From Actinomycetota bacterium (GTDB taxonomy: Bacteria > Actinomycetota > Acidimicrobiia > Acidimicrobiales > UBA10347): DNA of 64,000 nucleotides. The stretch's first letter is position 1; every line of letters starts with the position of its first letter. Both the position numbers and the translations under genes were made by a program. The notes under the pieces are model-generated. The model was not told where the DNA came from, did no database searches, and saw nothing but the letters and a program-made list of their open reading frames with translations. The stretch lies in NCBI GenBank assembly GCA_039028435.1, contig JBCCIC010000007.1, forward strand, positions 169,155-233,154, given 5' to 3'. This document shows, piece after piece, positions 1-9,641 of this stretch.

Positions 1-1
1 C

Positions 2-3000
2 GACCAGATCGTGAGCGGCGACGGTAACGACGTCGTGCTCGGTGGACCCGACGCCGACCTCCTCCAAATCGGCACCGCCCCCGGAACGGGCGATCAGGTC
101 CTGGCATTCGGCGACAGCGGCTCCGCCGTGTTCGCGGCAGTCGGCGTCCCGCTGGTCGAGATGGCGATGACGACCGACCTACCCGGCGGCGCCGACCGGG
201 TCGAAATCGTCGGTGCCCGTTCCGTGGTGTTCGGTGGTGCAGCTGCCGACGCGATCATCACCGGGATCGACGCGAACGATCTGGGTGACGACATCGTGTT
301 CGGCGACTTCGGATCGGCGACGTTCGACACAACCACCCCGCGACCGCTCGTCACGGCAGCGATGGCGACCGACGCACCCGAGGGCGGGCCGGACTCCATC
401 TCGACGGGCGGCGGCAACGATCTCGTGTTCGGCGGCGCGGGAGGCGACACCGTCGACACCGCGGCAGGCGCCGACATCGTGTTCGGCGACTTCGGATCGA
501 CGGCGCACGACGTCGTCGAAGAGGCCGGTGTCACCCGCAGCGTGGTCCGCGAGGCGACGTCGGCCGATGTCGATGAGGGCGGAGACGACGACGTTTCGCT
601 CGGCATCGGTGCAGACATCGGCGTCGGCGGTGCGGGCAGCGATCGGATCGGCGTCCATCCAACCGGGGGCGCCGGCGACGACGATCGGAGTCCCGACACT
701 GTGGCCGGCGACAATGCCGCGTTCACCTTCGCGACCGGCTCGGGTATGCCGGAGCGCATGCGTCTCGAGACGCTGCGGTCCGATGCCGACGGCGACGACG
801 AGATCACCACCGAGCAGGGCTCCGATGTGGCGTTCGGCGGCGGAGGCAGCGATCGGATCAACATCGGACCGGGATCGGAACCGTCGGTGGCCATCGGTGA
901 CGCCGGACGCGTCGTGTTCACCGCCGGGGAACAGCTGAGCGAGGTCGTGTCCACCGACGCCGACGTCGGCGGCAGCGACGAGATCCTGGCCGGTGCCGGA
1001 CCCGACGTCTTGATCGGCGGGCCGGGGTCGGATCGCCTCGACGCGGGCGGCGGTTTGGCGAACGACGTTGTGCTCGGCGACCTCGGAGCCGCAACGTTCC
1101 TCGGCGCCTTCCAACCGCTCACCGTCCGAACCGCGTCACCGCATGTGGGTGCCGGCGACTTCATCGTCTTGGGCGGCGGTGATGACCTTGGCTTCGGCGG
1201 CGCCGGATTCGACTTCGTTTTCGCCGGCGAAGGGGACGACGTGCTGGCCGGTGATCATGCGACGGCCAGCTTCTTCGACGCCGCGAGCGGCTGGCTCGGC
1301 GCGGTGTGGTCGGTGATGAGCATCGATCCGAACTTCGGCGGAAACGACCTCCTCCGGGGCGACGGCGGAGCGGACATTCTGATCGGCGGTGCGCTCGACG
1401 ACGAGGCCTACGGAGGCGCCGGACCCGACATCGTGTTCGGTGACTTCGGCCGCTTCGATCGAGGTCTCGGCGGGGCGGTGCTCTGGCGGTCGATCTTCGT
1501 TGATCCGGACTCGCTCGGCGGCGACGACATGGTGTTCGGGGACGATGGTCCGATCGGCGATGCCTTCAACGCGGCAGCTGACAACGACGATGCCGTGATC
1601 GGCGGCCAGGGCAGCGACCAGATCGACGGCGGACTCGGCGACGACGATCTGATCGGTGGTCACAACGTGATCGGTGGCGTCGACGGGTCGGACACGATCA
1701 CCGGCAGCTTCGGCGACGACGTGATCGCCGGTGACAACGCGTTCATCGACCGGCCAGCGGGGTCTGCCACGCGTATGGTCAGGCTCTTCGATCATCTGGA
1801 TGGGCTTGGCGCTGGCGATCGCATCGACGGCGGATCCGGGATGGATCGGATCTTTGGCCAACTCGGCAGCGATGTCTTGCAGGGCGGGCTCGACGAGGAC
1901 CAGCTCATCGGTGGTCCGGGCGACGACCAAATCGACGGCGGGCCCGACGACGACATCGTGCTGGGCGGCGACGGCGTTGTCGGTGCGCAATCGATCGTGC
2001 TGTTCGATCGTGTGCAGCTCATCGGACGGGTCGACGGCAGCGCAGACCTGGCCGACGGCATGTGGGCGGTGTTCGGCGCAGGAGGCACTGGCCTCCTGGT
2101 CGCCACATTGCCGACCACCGACGACGACGTGTTGCGCGGCGGTGGTGGCGCCGACCTGATCTTCGGGCAGGCGGGCAACGACATGATCGAAGGAGGTCCT
2201 GGTGACGATGTCGCCTCCGGCGGTGCAGGTGACGACGATGCCGACGGCGGACCCGGCGCCGACCTGGTGCTCGGTGGCTCGCTGCTGAACGCCGTCGTCG
2301 GGCAACTGATGCCAGCCGTCGCACGCGGCTTCCACCTGGTCTCGGTCGCCCCCGACGCTGCGTCGCAGTTCGACGCGCTGAACGGCGACGTGCGGCTCGT
2401 CCCAGATCTCTGGAGCGAAGATCGTTCGCTCGACTGCATCGGGCCGGGGGTGCGACCGGTCCGCCAAGCACAACCGCTGACCACCGGTGCGGGCCAGACC
2501 GTGGGCCTCGTCGGGCCGCTCGCGTCGGTCGAGATCCATCGTTCGGGTGGTGTCATCGACGATGCGGATGTACTCGCCGGGGCGGGCGGCGATGACATCA
2601 TCGTGCGCGACGGGCTCTATCAGGACCTTCCCGGCACCGGCGCAGAAACGTCGCCCGAGTCGGCCGAGACCGCAGCGTTGGCGGCCCAGCTCAGGACGGT
2701 GCTGGAACTCCTTCGTTCGGTCGCCACCGCACAGACGGGTGCTGCCGAGCCCAGACAAACCGGTGCCGACGAGCTGACAGGGGATTCGGGCGAGGATCGC
2801 CTGATCGATGGGGCGCTCGTGCTTGCCGCCCCGACCGGATCGGATGCCGGTGATGGCGACGAGGATGAGGAGCCGGTCGATGACACGTTGGTCGCTGGGC
2901 TGACGTCGACACTGCAGGCGGCCGAAGCGCTGCTCGCGGCCGATCCGGCCTCGACGCCGCTCGTCATCGCACCGACGATCATCGTCGCCGATGAAGATGA

Positions 3001-3088
3001 CACGGTCGTGTCCGGCGGCTGCACCGTCGAGACCAGTGCCGCGGAGTGGCCGATACCCGGCCCCACTGGGTGGGTCACCACTGAGTGA
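2..3088 (+). CDS. Large RTX-like (hemolysin-type Ca2+-binding repeat) protein, 5'-partial
   Basis: The reading frame is open to the window edge. It contains dozens of GGxGxD-x-hydrophobic nonapeptide-like motifs (GGAGGDTVD, GGGGSDRIN, GGPGDDQIDGG, GGGGADLIFG and others) and has GC-rich third codon positions. Confidence 0.8.
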   Translation, partial: DQIVSGDGNDVVLGGPDADLLQIGTAPGTGDQVLAFGDSGSAVFAAVGVPLVEMAMTTDLPGGADRVEIVGARSVVFGGAAADAIITGIDANDLGDDIVFGDFGSATFDTTTPRPLVTAAMATDAPEGGPDSISTGGGNDLVFGGAGGDTVDTAAGADIVFGDFGSTAHDVVEEAGVTRSVVREATSADVDEGGDDDVSLGIGADIGVGGAGSDRIGVHPTGGAGDDDRSPDTVAGDNAAFTFATGSGMPERMRLETLRSDADGDDEITTEQGSDVAFGGGGSDRINIGPGSEPSVAIGDAGRVVFTAGEQLSEVVSTDADVGGSDEILAGAGPDVLIGGPGSDRLDAGGGLANDVVLGDLGAATFLGAFQPLTVRTASPHVGAGDFIVLGGGDDLGFGGAGFDFVFAGEGDDVLAGDHATASFFDAASGWLGAVWSVMSIDPNFGGNDLLRGDGGADILIGGALDDEAYGGAGPDIVFGDFGRFDRGLGGAVLWRSIFVDPDSLGGDDMVFGDDGPIGDAFNAAADNDDAVIGGQGSDQIDGGLGDDDLIGGHNVIGGVDGSDTITGSFGDDVIAGDNAFIDRPAGSATRMVRLFDHLDGLGAGDRIDGGSGMDRIFGQLGSDVLQGGLDEDQLIGGPGDDQIDGGPDDDIVLGGDGVVGAQSIVLFDRVQLIGRVDGSADLADGMWAVFGAGGTGLLVATLPTTDDDVLRGGGGADLIFGQAGNDMIEGGPGDDVASGGAGDDDADGGPGADLVLGGSLLNAVVGQLMPAVARGFHLVSVAPDAASQFDALNGDVRLVPDLWSEDRSLDCIGPGVRPVRQAQPLTTGAGQTVGLVGPLASVEIHRSGGVIDDADVLAGAGGDDIIVRDGLYQDLPGTGAETSPESAETAALAAQLRTVLELLRSVATAQTGAAEPRQTGADELTGDSGEDRLIDGALVLAAPTGSDAGDGDEDEEPVDDTLVAGLTSTLQAAEALLAADPASTPLVIAPTIIVADEDDTVVSGGCTVETSAAEWPIPGPTGWVTTE

Positions 3089-3171
3089 CGAGCCGGGGGC
3101 GGGCTCGCCGCCGACGATTCCAGGGCCGGACCGCGGCTCTCGTAGTCTCGAGGTGTCCAAAAGGGGGATCC

Positions 3172-6100
3172 ATGACCACTGGCGCCATCACGCGTCTGCT
3201 CGTCGCCAACCGCGGCGAGATCGCTATCCGCATCTGTCGAGCGGCCTCTGACGCGGGCATCACCTCCGTCGCCGTCCATTCGGAGGACGACGCGTCGTCG
3301 CTGCATGTTCGTCTTGCCGACGAGGCGGTCGCCCTCGATGGACTCGGAGCTGCCGCGTATCTGGACATCGAGGGTGTCGTTGCTGCGGCGGTCGACGCCA
3401 GTTGCGACGCGGTGCACCCGGGCTACGGCTTCCTGGCCGAGAACGATGACTTCGCTGCCGCGGTCGAAGCGGCCGGCCTGATCTTTGTCGGTCCGACGCC
3501 GGACCAACTCGGGCTCTTCGGCGACAAGGCACGCGCCCGACAGGCCGCGTCCGCCGCTGACGTGCCGGTCCTGGCGGGAAGCGACGAGTCCGTGTCCCTC
3601 GAAGCCGCCCAGTCCTTCCTCGAGGGCCTGGGTGCTGGAGGCGCGGTCATGCTCAAGGCCGTCGCCGGTGGCGGCGGGCGCGGGAGTCGCAGCGTCACCT
3701 CGGTCGACGAGCTCGCTGACGCCTATGCCGCATGTGCTCGCGAGGCCCAGATGGCGTTCGGCAACGACGCCCTGTTCGTCGAGGAGTTCGTTGCGAACGC
3801 CCGCCACATCGAAGTCCAGATGGTTGGCGACGGGAGTGGTGCGGTCACCCACCTGGGTGAGCGCGAGTGCAGTGCGCAGCGCCGCTACCAGAAGGTGATC
3901 GAGATGGCGCCGGCTCCGGCGCTCGATGACGGGCTGCGAGCGGAGATCCACGCCGCGGCGATGCGGCTCGCCGGGTCGGTCGAGTACCGAAATCTCGGCA
4001 CCTTTGAGTTTCTCGTCGATGCCGACTCAGGGCGCTTCGTGTTCATCGAGGCCAACGCACGCCTGCAGGTCGAACACACGGTGACCGAGGAAGTAAGCGG
4101 TATCGACCTCGTCGCCACACAGTTGGCGATCGCGGCCGGTTCCTCCCTCGCAGAGCTCACCTTGACCGAGCCGGTCACGCTGCGAGGCGCCGCTGTGCAG
4201 TGCCGCGTCAACATGGAAACGATGCAAGCCAACGGCGCGGTGATGCCGGCGAGTGGCACGCTGGCGTCGTACGACCCGCCGAGCGGTCCCGGCGTGCGAG
4301 TCGACGGCTTCGGGTACTCGGGCTATGCGACGAGTAGTGCGTTCGACTCGCTCCTCGCAAAGGTGATCGTCAAGGCGCCGACGCACGCGGCGGCAATTGC
4401 CAAGTCGGCGAGGGCGCTGAGCGAGTTCCGGATCGACGGAGTTGCGACCAACCTCGCCTTCCTCGCTGCCCTGCTGGATCGTCCCGAGCTGGTCGATGGC
4501 ACGCTTGACACCCGGTTCATCGACACGCATGCGGCCGAGCTGGTCGAGGCAGCAGCGGCGGCGCCGACCCGATGGGGCGCGGGAGGGCAGTCGCCGGACT
4601 CCGCCGATTCCGGGCTGGCCGGCGCCCAGGTCGACACCACCGACCCGATGGCGCTGTTCAAGCATGCCGACGACGTTCGTGCCGCCGCAGCCGACACGTC
4701 CGACGACCGGCCGGAGCTGACCGCTGCCGACGGGTCGGTCGGTCTACCTGCTCCGATCCAGGGGACGATCGTGGCCGTGTCTGTCGAAGAGGGCCAGGCA
4801 GTCCGAGAGGGCATGCCGTTGGTGATCCTCGAGGCCATGAAGATGGAGCACGTGATCGCGGCCGACCGGACCGGCATCGTCACCCAGGTCAGCTGTGCGG
4901 TCGGCGATGTGATCCGCGAGGGCTTCCCCCTCGTGTTTGTGCTCGACGCCGATGTCGATGTCGACGCCGCCGGTGACGACGAGGCGATCGACCTCGACCA
5001 CATCCGGAGCGATTTGCTCGAGCTCTACGAGCGCAAGGCGTACACGCTCGATGAGAACCGCCCCGAGGCCATGGAGCGACGGCAGCGCAAGAATCAGTGG
5101 AGCGCTCGCCAAAACCTGGAGGCGCTGGTCGACAAGGGGAGCTTCCGCGAGTACGGGCCGCTCGTCGTCGCAGCGCAACGAAAGCGCCGCACCGAGGAGT
5201 GGCTGCGCGAGCGGTCGCCGGCCGACGGCTTGGTCGGTGGTCTCGCCACCGTCAACGCGGATCTGTTCGGCCCCGAGGCGGCCCGCTGCATGGCGATCGC
5301 CTACGACTACACCGTGCTCGCCGGGACCCAGGGCACCCACAACCACTACAAGAAGGACCGGCTGTTCGAGGTCGCCCGGCGATACAAGCTGCCGCTGCTG
5401 ATCTACACGGAGGGCGGCGGAGGACGCCCCGGGGACACCGAGTGGCACAACGTCATCGGGATGGACACGTACACGTTCACCCAGTTCTCCAAGTTGTCGG
5501 GCACCGTGCCACTCGTCGGCCTCAACTCCGGGTACTGCTTCGCCGGCAACACGGCGTTGCTGGCGTGCTGCGACGTCATCATCGCGACCAAGGGGTCGAC
5601 GATCGCCATGGGAGGCCCGGCGATGATCGAGGGCGGCGGTCTGGGCGTGTACACACCCGAGGAAGTCGGCCCGATGTCGTTCCAGGTTCCGAACGGCGTG
5701 GTTGACATCCTCGTGGAAGACGACGCCGAGCTCGCCGAGATGGGCAAGAAGTACCTGTCCTACTTCCAGGGCGACCTGACCGAATGGGAGTCGCACGACC
5801 AGCGCAAGCTGCGTCACATCGTGCCCGAGAATCGGGTGCGGATGTACGACGTGCGTGAAGTCATCGAGACGCTGTGCGACGTGGATTCGGTGCTGGAGAT
5901 CCGCAAGGACTTCGGCATCGGCATCATCACGTGCCTCGCCCGGATCGAGGGCAAGGCGGTCGGCGTCATCGCCAACAACCCGCACCACCTCGCCGGCGCG
6001 ATCGACAGCGACGGCGCCGACAAGGGCGCCCGCTTCCTCCAGCTCTGTGACGCCTTCGGCCTACCGGTCATCTCGATCATGGACTGCCCGGGGATCATGG

Positions 6101-6558
6101 TCGGCCCCGATGCCGAGCGCGAGGCGCTGGTCCGCCACGCCGCTCGCATGTTTGTCACCGGTGCCAATCTCACGGTGCCGATGTTCGGCCTGGTGATCCG
6201 AAAGGCGTACGGGCTCGGCGTGCAGGCGATGTGCGGAGCCAGTTCGATGGCGCCCTTGTTCACGGTTGCCTGGCCGACCGCTGAGTTCGCTGGTATGAAC
6301 ATCGAGGGATCGGTCAAGCTCGGCTACCGCAACGTGATCGCCGAGCTGGAGACACCCGAGGAGCGCAAGGAACTCTTCGACAAGATGGTGGCCAAGGCGT
6401 ATGAGAGCGCGAGGGCCGTGAATGGTGCTCAGTACTTCGGCATCGACGACGTGATCGACCCGGCCGAGTCACGGGACTGGGTGGTGTCTGGTCTGCGATC
6501 GCTTCCGCCCGAGGCGGCCGGCGCTGAACCGCGGCGCACCTACATCGACGCCTGGTAG
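3172..6558 (+). CDS. Single-chain biotin-dependent acyl-CoA carboxylase (biotin carboxylase + BCCP + carboxyltransferase fused)
   Basis: The ATG at 3172 is preceded by AAGGGGGA. The N-terminus LLVANRGEIAIRI...HPGYGFLAEN is typical of biotin carboxylase. The biotinyl-Lys motif EAMKMEH lies near nt 4830-4850. The C-terminal ~520 aa resemble a carboxyltransferase/PccB-like domain (TQGTHNHYKKDR, GGGGRPGD, AGAIDSDGADKGARF). Confidence 0.85.
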   Translation: MTTGAITRLLVANRGEIAIRICRAASDAGITSVAVHSEDDASSLHVRLADEAVALDGLGAAAYLDIEGVVAAAVDASCDAVHPGYGFLAENDDFAAAVEAAGLIFVGPTPDQLGLFGDKARARQAASAADVPVLAGSDESVSLEAAQSFLEGLGAGGAVMLKAVAGGGGRGSRSVTSVDELADAYAACAREAQMAFGNDALFVEEFVANARHIEVQMVGDGSGAVTHLGERECSAQRRYQKVIEMAPAPALDDGLRAEIHAAAMRLAGSVEYRNLGTFEFLVDADSGRFVFIEANARLQVEHTVTEEVSGIDLVATQLAIAAGSSLAELTLTEPVTLRGAAVQCRVNMETMQANGAVMPASGTLASYDPPSGPGVRVDGFGYSGYATSSAFDSLLAKVIVKAPTHAAAIAKSARALSEFRIDGVATNLAFLAALLDRPELVDGTLDTRFIDTHAAELVEAAAAAPTRWGAGGQSPDSADSGLAGAQVDTTDPMALFKHADDVRAAAADTSDDRPELTAADGSVGLPAPIQGTIVAVSVEEGQAVREGMPLVILEAMKMEHVIAADRTGIVTQVSCAVGDVIREGFPLVFVLDADVDVDAAGDDEAIDLDHIRSDLLELYERKAYTLDENRPEAMERRQRKNQWSARQNLEALVDKGSFREYGPLVVAAQRKRRTEEWLRERSPADGLVGGLATVNADLFGPEAARCMAIAYDYTVLAGTQGTHNHYKKDRLFEVARRYKLPLLIYTEGGGGRPGDTEWHNVIGMDTYTFTQFSKLSGTVPLVGLNSGYCFAGNTALLACCDVIIATKGSTIAMGGPAMIEGGGLGVYTPEEVGPMSFQVPNGVVDILVEDDAELAEMGKKYLSYFQGDLTEWESHDQRKLRHIVPENRVRMYDVREVIETLCDVDSVLEIRKDFGIGIITCLARIEGKAVGVIANNPHHLAGAIDSDGADKGARFLQLCDAFGLPVISIMDCPGIMVGPDAEREALVRHAARMFVTGANLTVPMFGLVIRKAYGLGVQAMCGASSMAPLFTVAWPTAEFAGMNIEGSVKLGYRNVIAELETPEERKELFDKMVAKAYESARAVNGAQYFGIDDVIDPAESRDWVVSGLRSLPPEAAGAEPRRTYIDAW

Positions 6559-6561
6559 CCG

Positions 6562-7452
6562 ATGACCGACTGGCAGGATCTGAGTGCCCGGGGTGGGCTG
6601 GCTGGACACCACCTCGTGGGCTGGCTGATGTGGGATCGCGCCGCCATCGATGCGTACGCCGACCTGGGCATCGAGGAGGGCAGGGGCTGGGTTGTCGCCT
6701 GGCGAGTCGCCGCACTCGGCGACGCCAGTCCCGCCGTCGCTGCGGCTGCCACATACTCCATCCATCCGAACGTCGTCGAGTTCGTGATGAACCTCTACCG
6801 AGGCGTGGCGACGGCCGAGCAGATCCTGGCCGTTCGCGATACGGCGATCGAACCGGCCCTGCGCGATATCGCTCCCGAGGTCGCTGAAGGGCTCGGCGCA
6901 CTGGCAACGGACTTGTGGCGCGGCGTCGATGTCGTGCACCACGGTGCACGGACGATGTTCCAAGCGCACCGTGCGCGACCTCGTCCGGACACGATCGACT
7001 CGTGCCTCTCCGGCTGGTTGGCGGCGAACTGTCTGCGTGAGCTACGCGGCGACAACCACTGGGCGCTTTGCGCGGCCGCTGATCTCGACGACGTGGAGGT
7101 CGGCCTACTGCACGCAGCGATGGTGGATGTGGACGAGTACGGAGGCGAGGAGTGGATTGCCCGAAGCCGTGGGGCCGACGATGCCGCGGTCTCCAGGGGA
7201 TGGGAGCGGCTCGAGGCCAAGGGCTTCGCCGAGGGCGCACGACTGAGCGAAACAGGGCGACAGTTCCGCCAGGGTTTGGAGCGGCGCACCGATGCCCTGT
7301 GCGTCGACGCCTGGAAGGCCGTCGGTGCTGAAGCTGCCGAGGCGTATTGCGAGCTGATCGAGCGGAACCAGCAGGCGTTCAAGCAACGCATCGACGACAC
7401 CGCCGGTCCTCGCTGGATGCCGGCGGTGCGGGTCGTCGAGGAGAGCGGCTGA
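6562..7452 (+). CDS. Conserved hypothetical protein (resembles the actinobacterial SCO6745-type family from memory; function unknown)
   Basis: The ORF starts 4 nt after the preceding stop and has coding-like GC3. I saw no catalytic motif. Confidence 0.6.
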   Translation: MTDWQDLSARGGLAGHHLVGWLMWDRAAIDAYADLGIEEGRGWVVAWRVAALGDASPAVAAAATYSIHPNVVEFVMNLYRGVATAEQILAVRDTAIEPALRDIAPEVAEGLGALATDLWRGVDVVHHGARTMFQAHRARPRPDTIDSCLSGWLAANCLRELRGDNHWALCAAADLDDVEVGLLHAAMVDVDEYGGEEWIARSRGADDAAVSRGWERLEAKGFAEGARLSETGRQFRQGLERRTDALCVDAWKAVGAEAAEAYCELIERNQQAFKQRIDDTAGPRWMPAVRVVEESG

Positions 7453-7470
7453 GCGTCGGCGCATTCGTCG

Positions 7471-8280
7471 CTAGGGCGGAGGAAAGGCGGTCCGCCATCT
7501 GGCAGCGAGCTCGTGGTTGCCGCGCACCTCGAGTTCGTCGAGCGCAGTGCGTCCGAGGAGGAACCCCAGGATCTGATGGCCGGTGCCGGCGAACGTCGTG
7601 TCTGCATGGGCGTCGCCATGGGCGACGGTTACATCGCTTCCGACCGCAGCGATCGTGTACGAGGTGCGGCCGTCGATGTTGAAGGCCCAGGTCCCGGAGA
7701 CCGATTCGTCGACCGTCCCGTGGTTGGACCGGCGGGTCTCGAGCATCTTGAGCCGGGTCGGTAGCGCTGCAGCGACGAATGTGTCACTCCAGTCGGCGAG
7801 CCCGATGTCGAGATCGGAGCCGTGCACCTCGACCTCGGTGAGTCGAAACAAGGCCAACGACCAGAGCGAGATCGGCCCGAGGTCGACGTTGTCTGCGGGT
7901 TCGACGACGGTCATGGTCCAGGCGTCGTCATCGAGTTCATCCCAGGTGCGGTCCAGGCTGGCGCAGGCTTCGGTCAGCGATCGAAGGATGTCGCCGGCGT
8001 TCTCGCCTGGTCGTGGTTCGAGGGTTCGAGGCCGCTGCTGCGACCGCCCCTCGGGATAGAACGACGTGGGTCGGGCGGCCATGGTTTCCTCGGTCATCGA
8101 GCGCGAGGCCTCGGCCCCGTAGCGAAGGTGGCAGAGCACCGTGAGACGGCTCCAACCTGGGAGGAGAGACCGCTCGTGCAGCCGGGTCGCCGGTAGCTCC
8201 TGCAGGCTGCGCATCAATTCGTTGTGCCGGGCTGCGACTGCCGTTGCCAGGTCTCGGCGATGGGGGAGACCTGCACTCAT
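7471..8280 (-). CDS. DinB-fold / mycothiol-dependent maleylpyruvate isomerase (MDMPI) N-terminal domain family protein
   Basis: The N-terminal pattern LPGWSRLTVLCHLRYGA and the overall ~270 aa layout are typical of actinobacterial TIGR03083-like DinB/MDMPI proteins. Confidence 0.7.
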   Translation of the reverse strand: MSAGLPHRRDLATAVAARHNELMRSLQELPATRLHERSLLPGWSRLTVLCHLRYGAEASRSMTEETMAARPTSFYPEGRSQQRPRTLEPRPGENAGDILRSLTEACASLDRTWDELDDDAWTMTVVEPADNVDLGPISLWSLALFRLTEVEVHGSDLDIGLADWSDTFVAAALPTRLKMLETRRSNHGTVDESVSGTWAFNIDGRTSYTIAAVGSDVTVAHGDAHADTTFAGTGHQILGFLLGRTALDELEVRGNHELAARWRTAFPPP

Positions 8281-8326
8281 AACGCGATGCTACGCGCACG
8301 CTGCGGTGACCGAGTTCACAATGAGA

Positions 8327-8342
8327 GCGAACATACGTTCGA
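8327..8342. promoter_or_regulatory. Candidate LexA (SOS/Cheo) box GCGAAC-ATAC-GTTCGA
   Basis: The perfect inverted repeat CGAAC-N4-GTTCG matches the Gram-positive/mycobacterial consensus TCGAAC-N4-GTTCGA at 11 of 12 arm positions. It lies in the 84-nt divergent intergenic region, 22 nt upstream of the HNH gene ATG. Confidence 0.6.
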
Positions 8343-8364
8343 TTCAATCTGCTATGGTTGGTTC

Positions 8365-9594
8365 ATGTCGGCCGCGGTGCTTCGTCTTGGTGAAGAGGAG
8401 CTGGTTGATGGTCCAGTGACGGCGTTGGTGGGCGAGTTGCGGGCGGTGGCCCGTGCGGTGTTCGAGGCTGCGGATTCGTCGCATGATCACCGGGATCTGG
8501 CGGCGGCGGTGGTGCAGGTCGGATCGATCGCCGCGGCGATCGACGCGGCGTTGGGTGCGATCGTTGACGCGTCGGAGCGGAACATGGTCGTACTCCGACA
8601 CGGGCGCGGCGTCAGGAAGCTGGACCAGTTCATGCTGGCCAACGGGAACAACTCCGGTGTTGAGGTGCGGGCTCGGATTCGGCGAGCGAAGTGGTTACGG
8701 GACTTCGGTGAGCTGGCCGATGCGCATGCGGACGGGATCTTGTCCGTCGAGCACCTGGAGAGGATTCGGAAGGGTCTGGACAATCCCCGGACACATTTCT
8801 TGTTGCGGCGTGATCAGCGGTTCTTCATCGAGACGGCGATGACGTGTGACTTCGTCGACTTCGACCGGGCCTGTGACTATTGGAAGATCGCTGCCGACCC
8901 CGACGGTGCCGAACCCCGAGATCATCTCGCAACCACCTCGGTCACCGCCAAGAAGCGGGACGATGGAATGGTCAAGGTCGACGGGCTGTTGGACCCGCTC
9001 TCGGGTCAGGTGTTTCTCACCGCCTGGGAGAAGCACAAGCAACAGCTCGCTGTCGACGACGACGAAACCGGTATCCGCCGGTCCGAGGGTCAACGAGGCG
9101 CGGTCGCGCTGCTCGAGTTGGTGGCCAAGGGCGCGGCCCGCGAAGACGGATCCCAACCTGCTCCTTTGATCAACGTCGTCATGTCACAGGCGGTCGCTGA
9201 GGACACGCTGCGTCGACTCGCCGAACACGATGTGTCGCCGCTGCCCGTCGACCCACACGACGTCGACGGGCGCTGCGAGTTCATCGACGGCACGCCAGTG
9301 CACCCGCATCTGGTCATGCGGGTCCTGGGAGTCGCGGCGTTGCAGCGCACGGTGATGACTGCGAAGGGCCGGCCGCTCGAGACCAGCTACGCCACGCGGA
9401 ACTTCCCGAAATGGCTCAAACACCTCGCCCTGGTTCGTACCCGAGGCCGATGCGAAGACGACGGCTGTGACGCACCGTTCCCGTGGCTTCAAGCCGACCA
9501 CCAACATCCCCACTCCAAAGCCGGACCGACCAACTGGGCCAACCTCACCGTGCGCTGCCGCCCCCACAACCTCGCCAAAGGCAACCAGACCTGA
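8365..9594 (+). CDS. DUF222 / HNH endonuclease-domain protein (13E12-repeat-family-like)
   Basis: The C-terminal HNH motif is CDAPFPWLQADHQHPHSKAGPTNWANLTVRCRPHNLAKG, and the N-terminal region is DUF222-like. The start was moved to ATG 8365 because the track start at 8224 overlaps the divergent gene. Confidence 0.8.
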   Translation: MSAAVLRLGEEELVDGPVTALVGELRAVARAVFEAADSSHDHRDLAAAVVQVGSIAAAIDAALGAIVDASERNMVVLRHGRGVRKLDQFMLANGNNSGVEVRARIRRAKWLRDFGELADAHADGILSVEHLERIRKGLDNPRTHFLLRRDQRFFIETAMTCDFVDFDRACDYWKIAADPDGAEPRDHLATTSVTAKKRDDGMVKVDGLLDPLSGQVFLTAWEKHKQQLAVDDDETGIRRSEGQRGAVALLELVAKGAAREDGSQPAPLINVVMSQAVAEDTLRRLAEHDVSPLPVDPHDVDGRCEFIDGTPVHPHLVMRVLGVAALQRTVMTAKGRPLETSYATRNFPKWLKHLALVRTRGRCEDDGCDAPFPWLQADHQHPHSKAGPTNWANLTVRCRPHNLAKGNQT

Positions 9595-9641
9595 AGGACA
9601 CTTCGGCGCGGGCCGAATCGCTCGCGTGATAGCTCAGTGGC

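Noticed and set aside
94-3160. Long minus-strand and alternate-frame ORFs overlap the RTX gene (e.g. 94..1164, 179..1114, 1136..3160).
   Set aside because: They are antisense or out of frame relative to a motif-rich real gene. Their Arg/Pro/Ser/Ala-rich composition is typical of high-G+C shadow ORFs, and they have no recognisable motifs.
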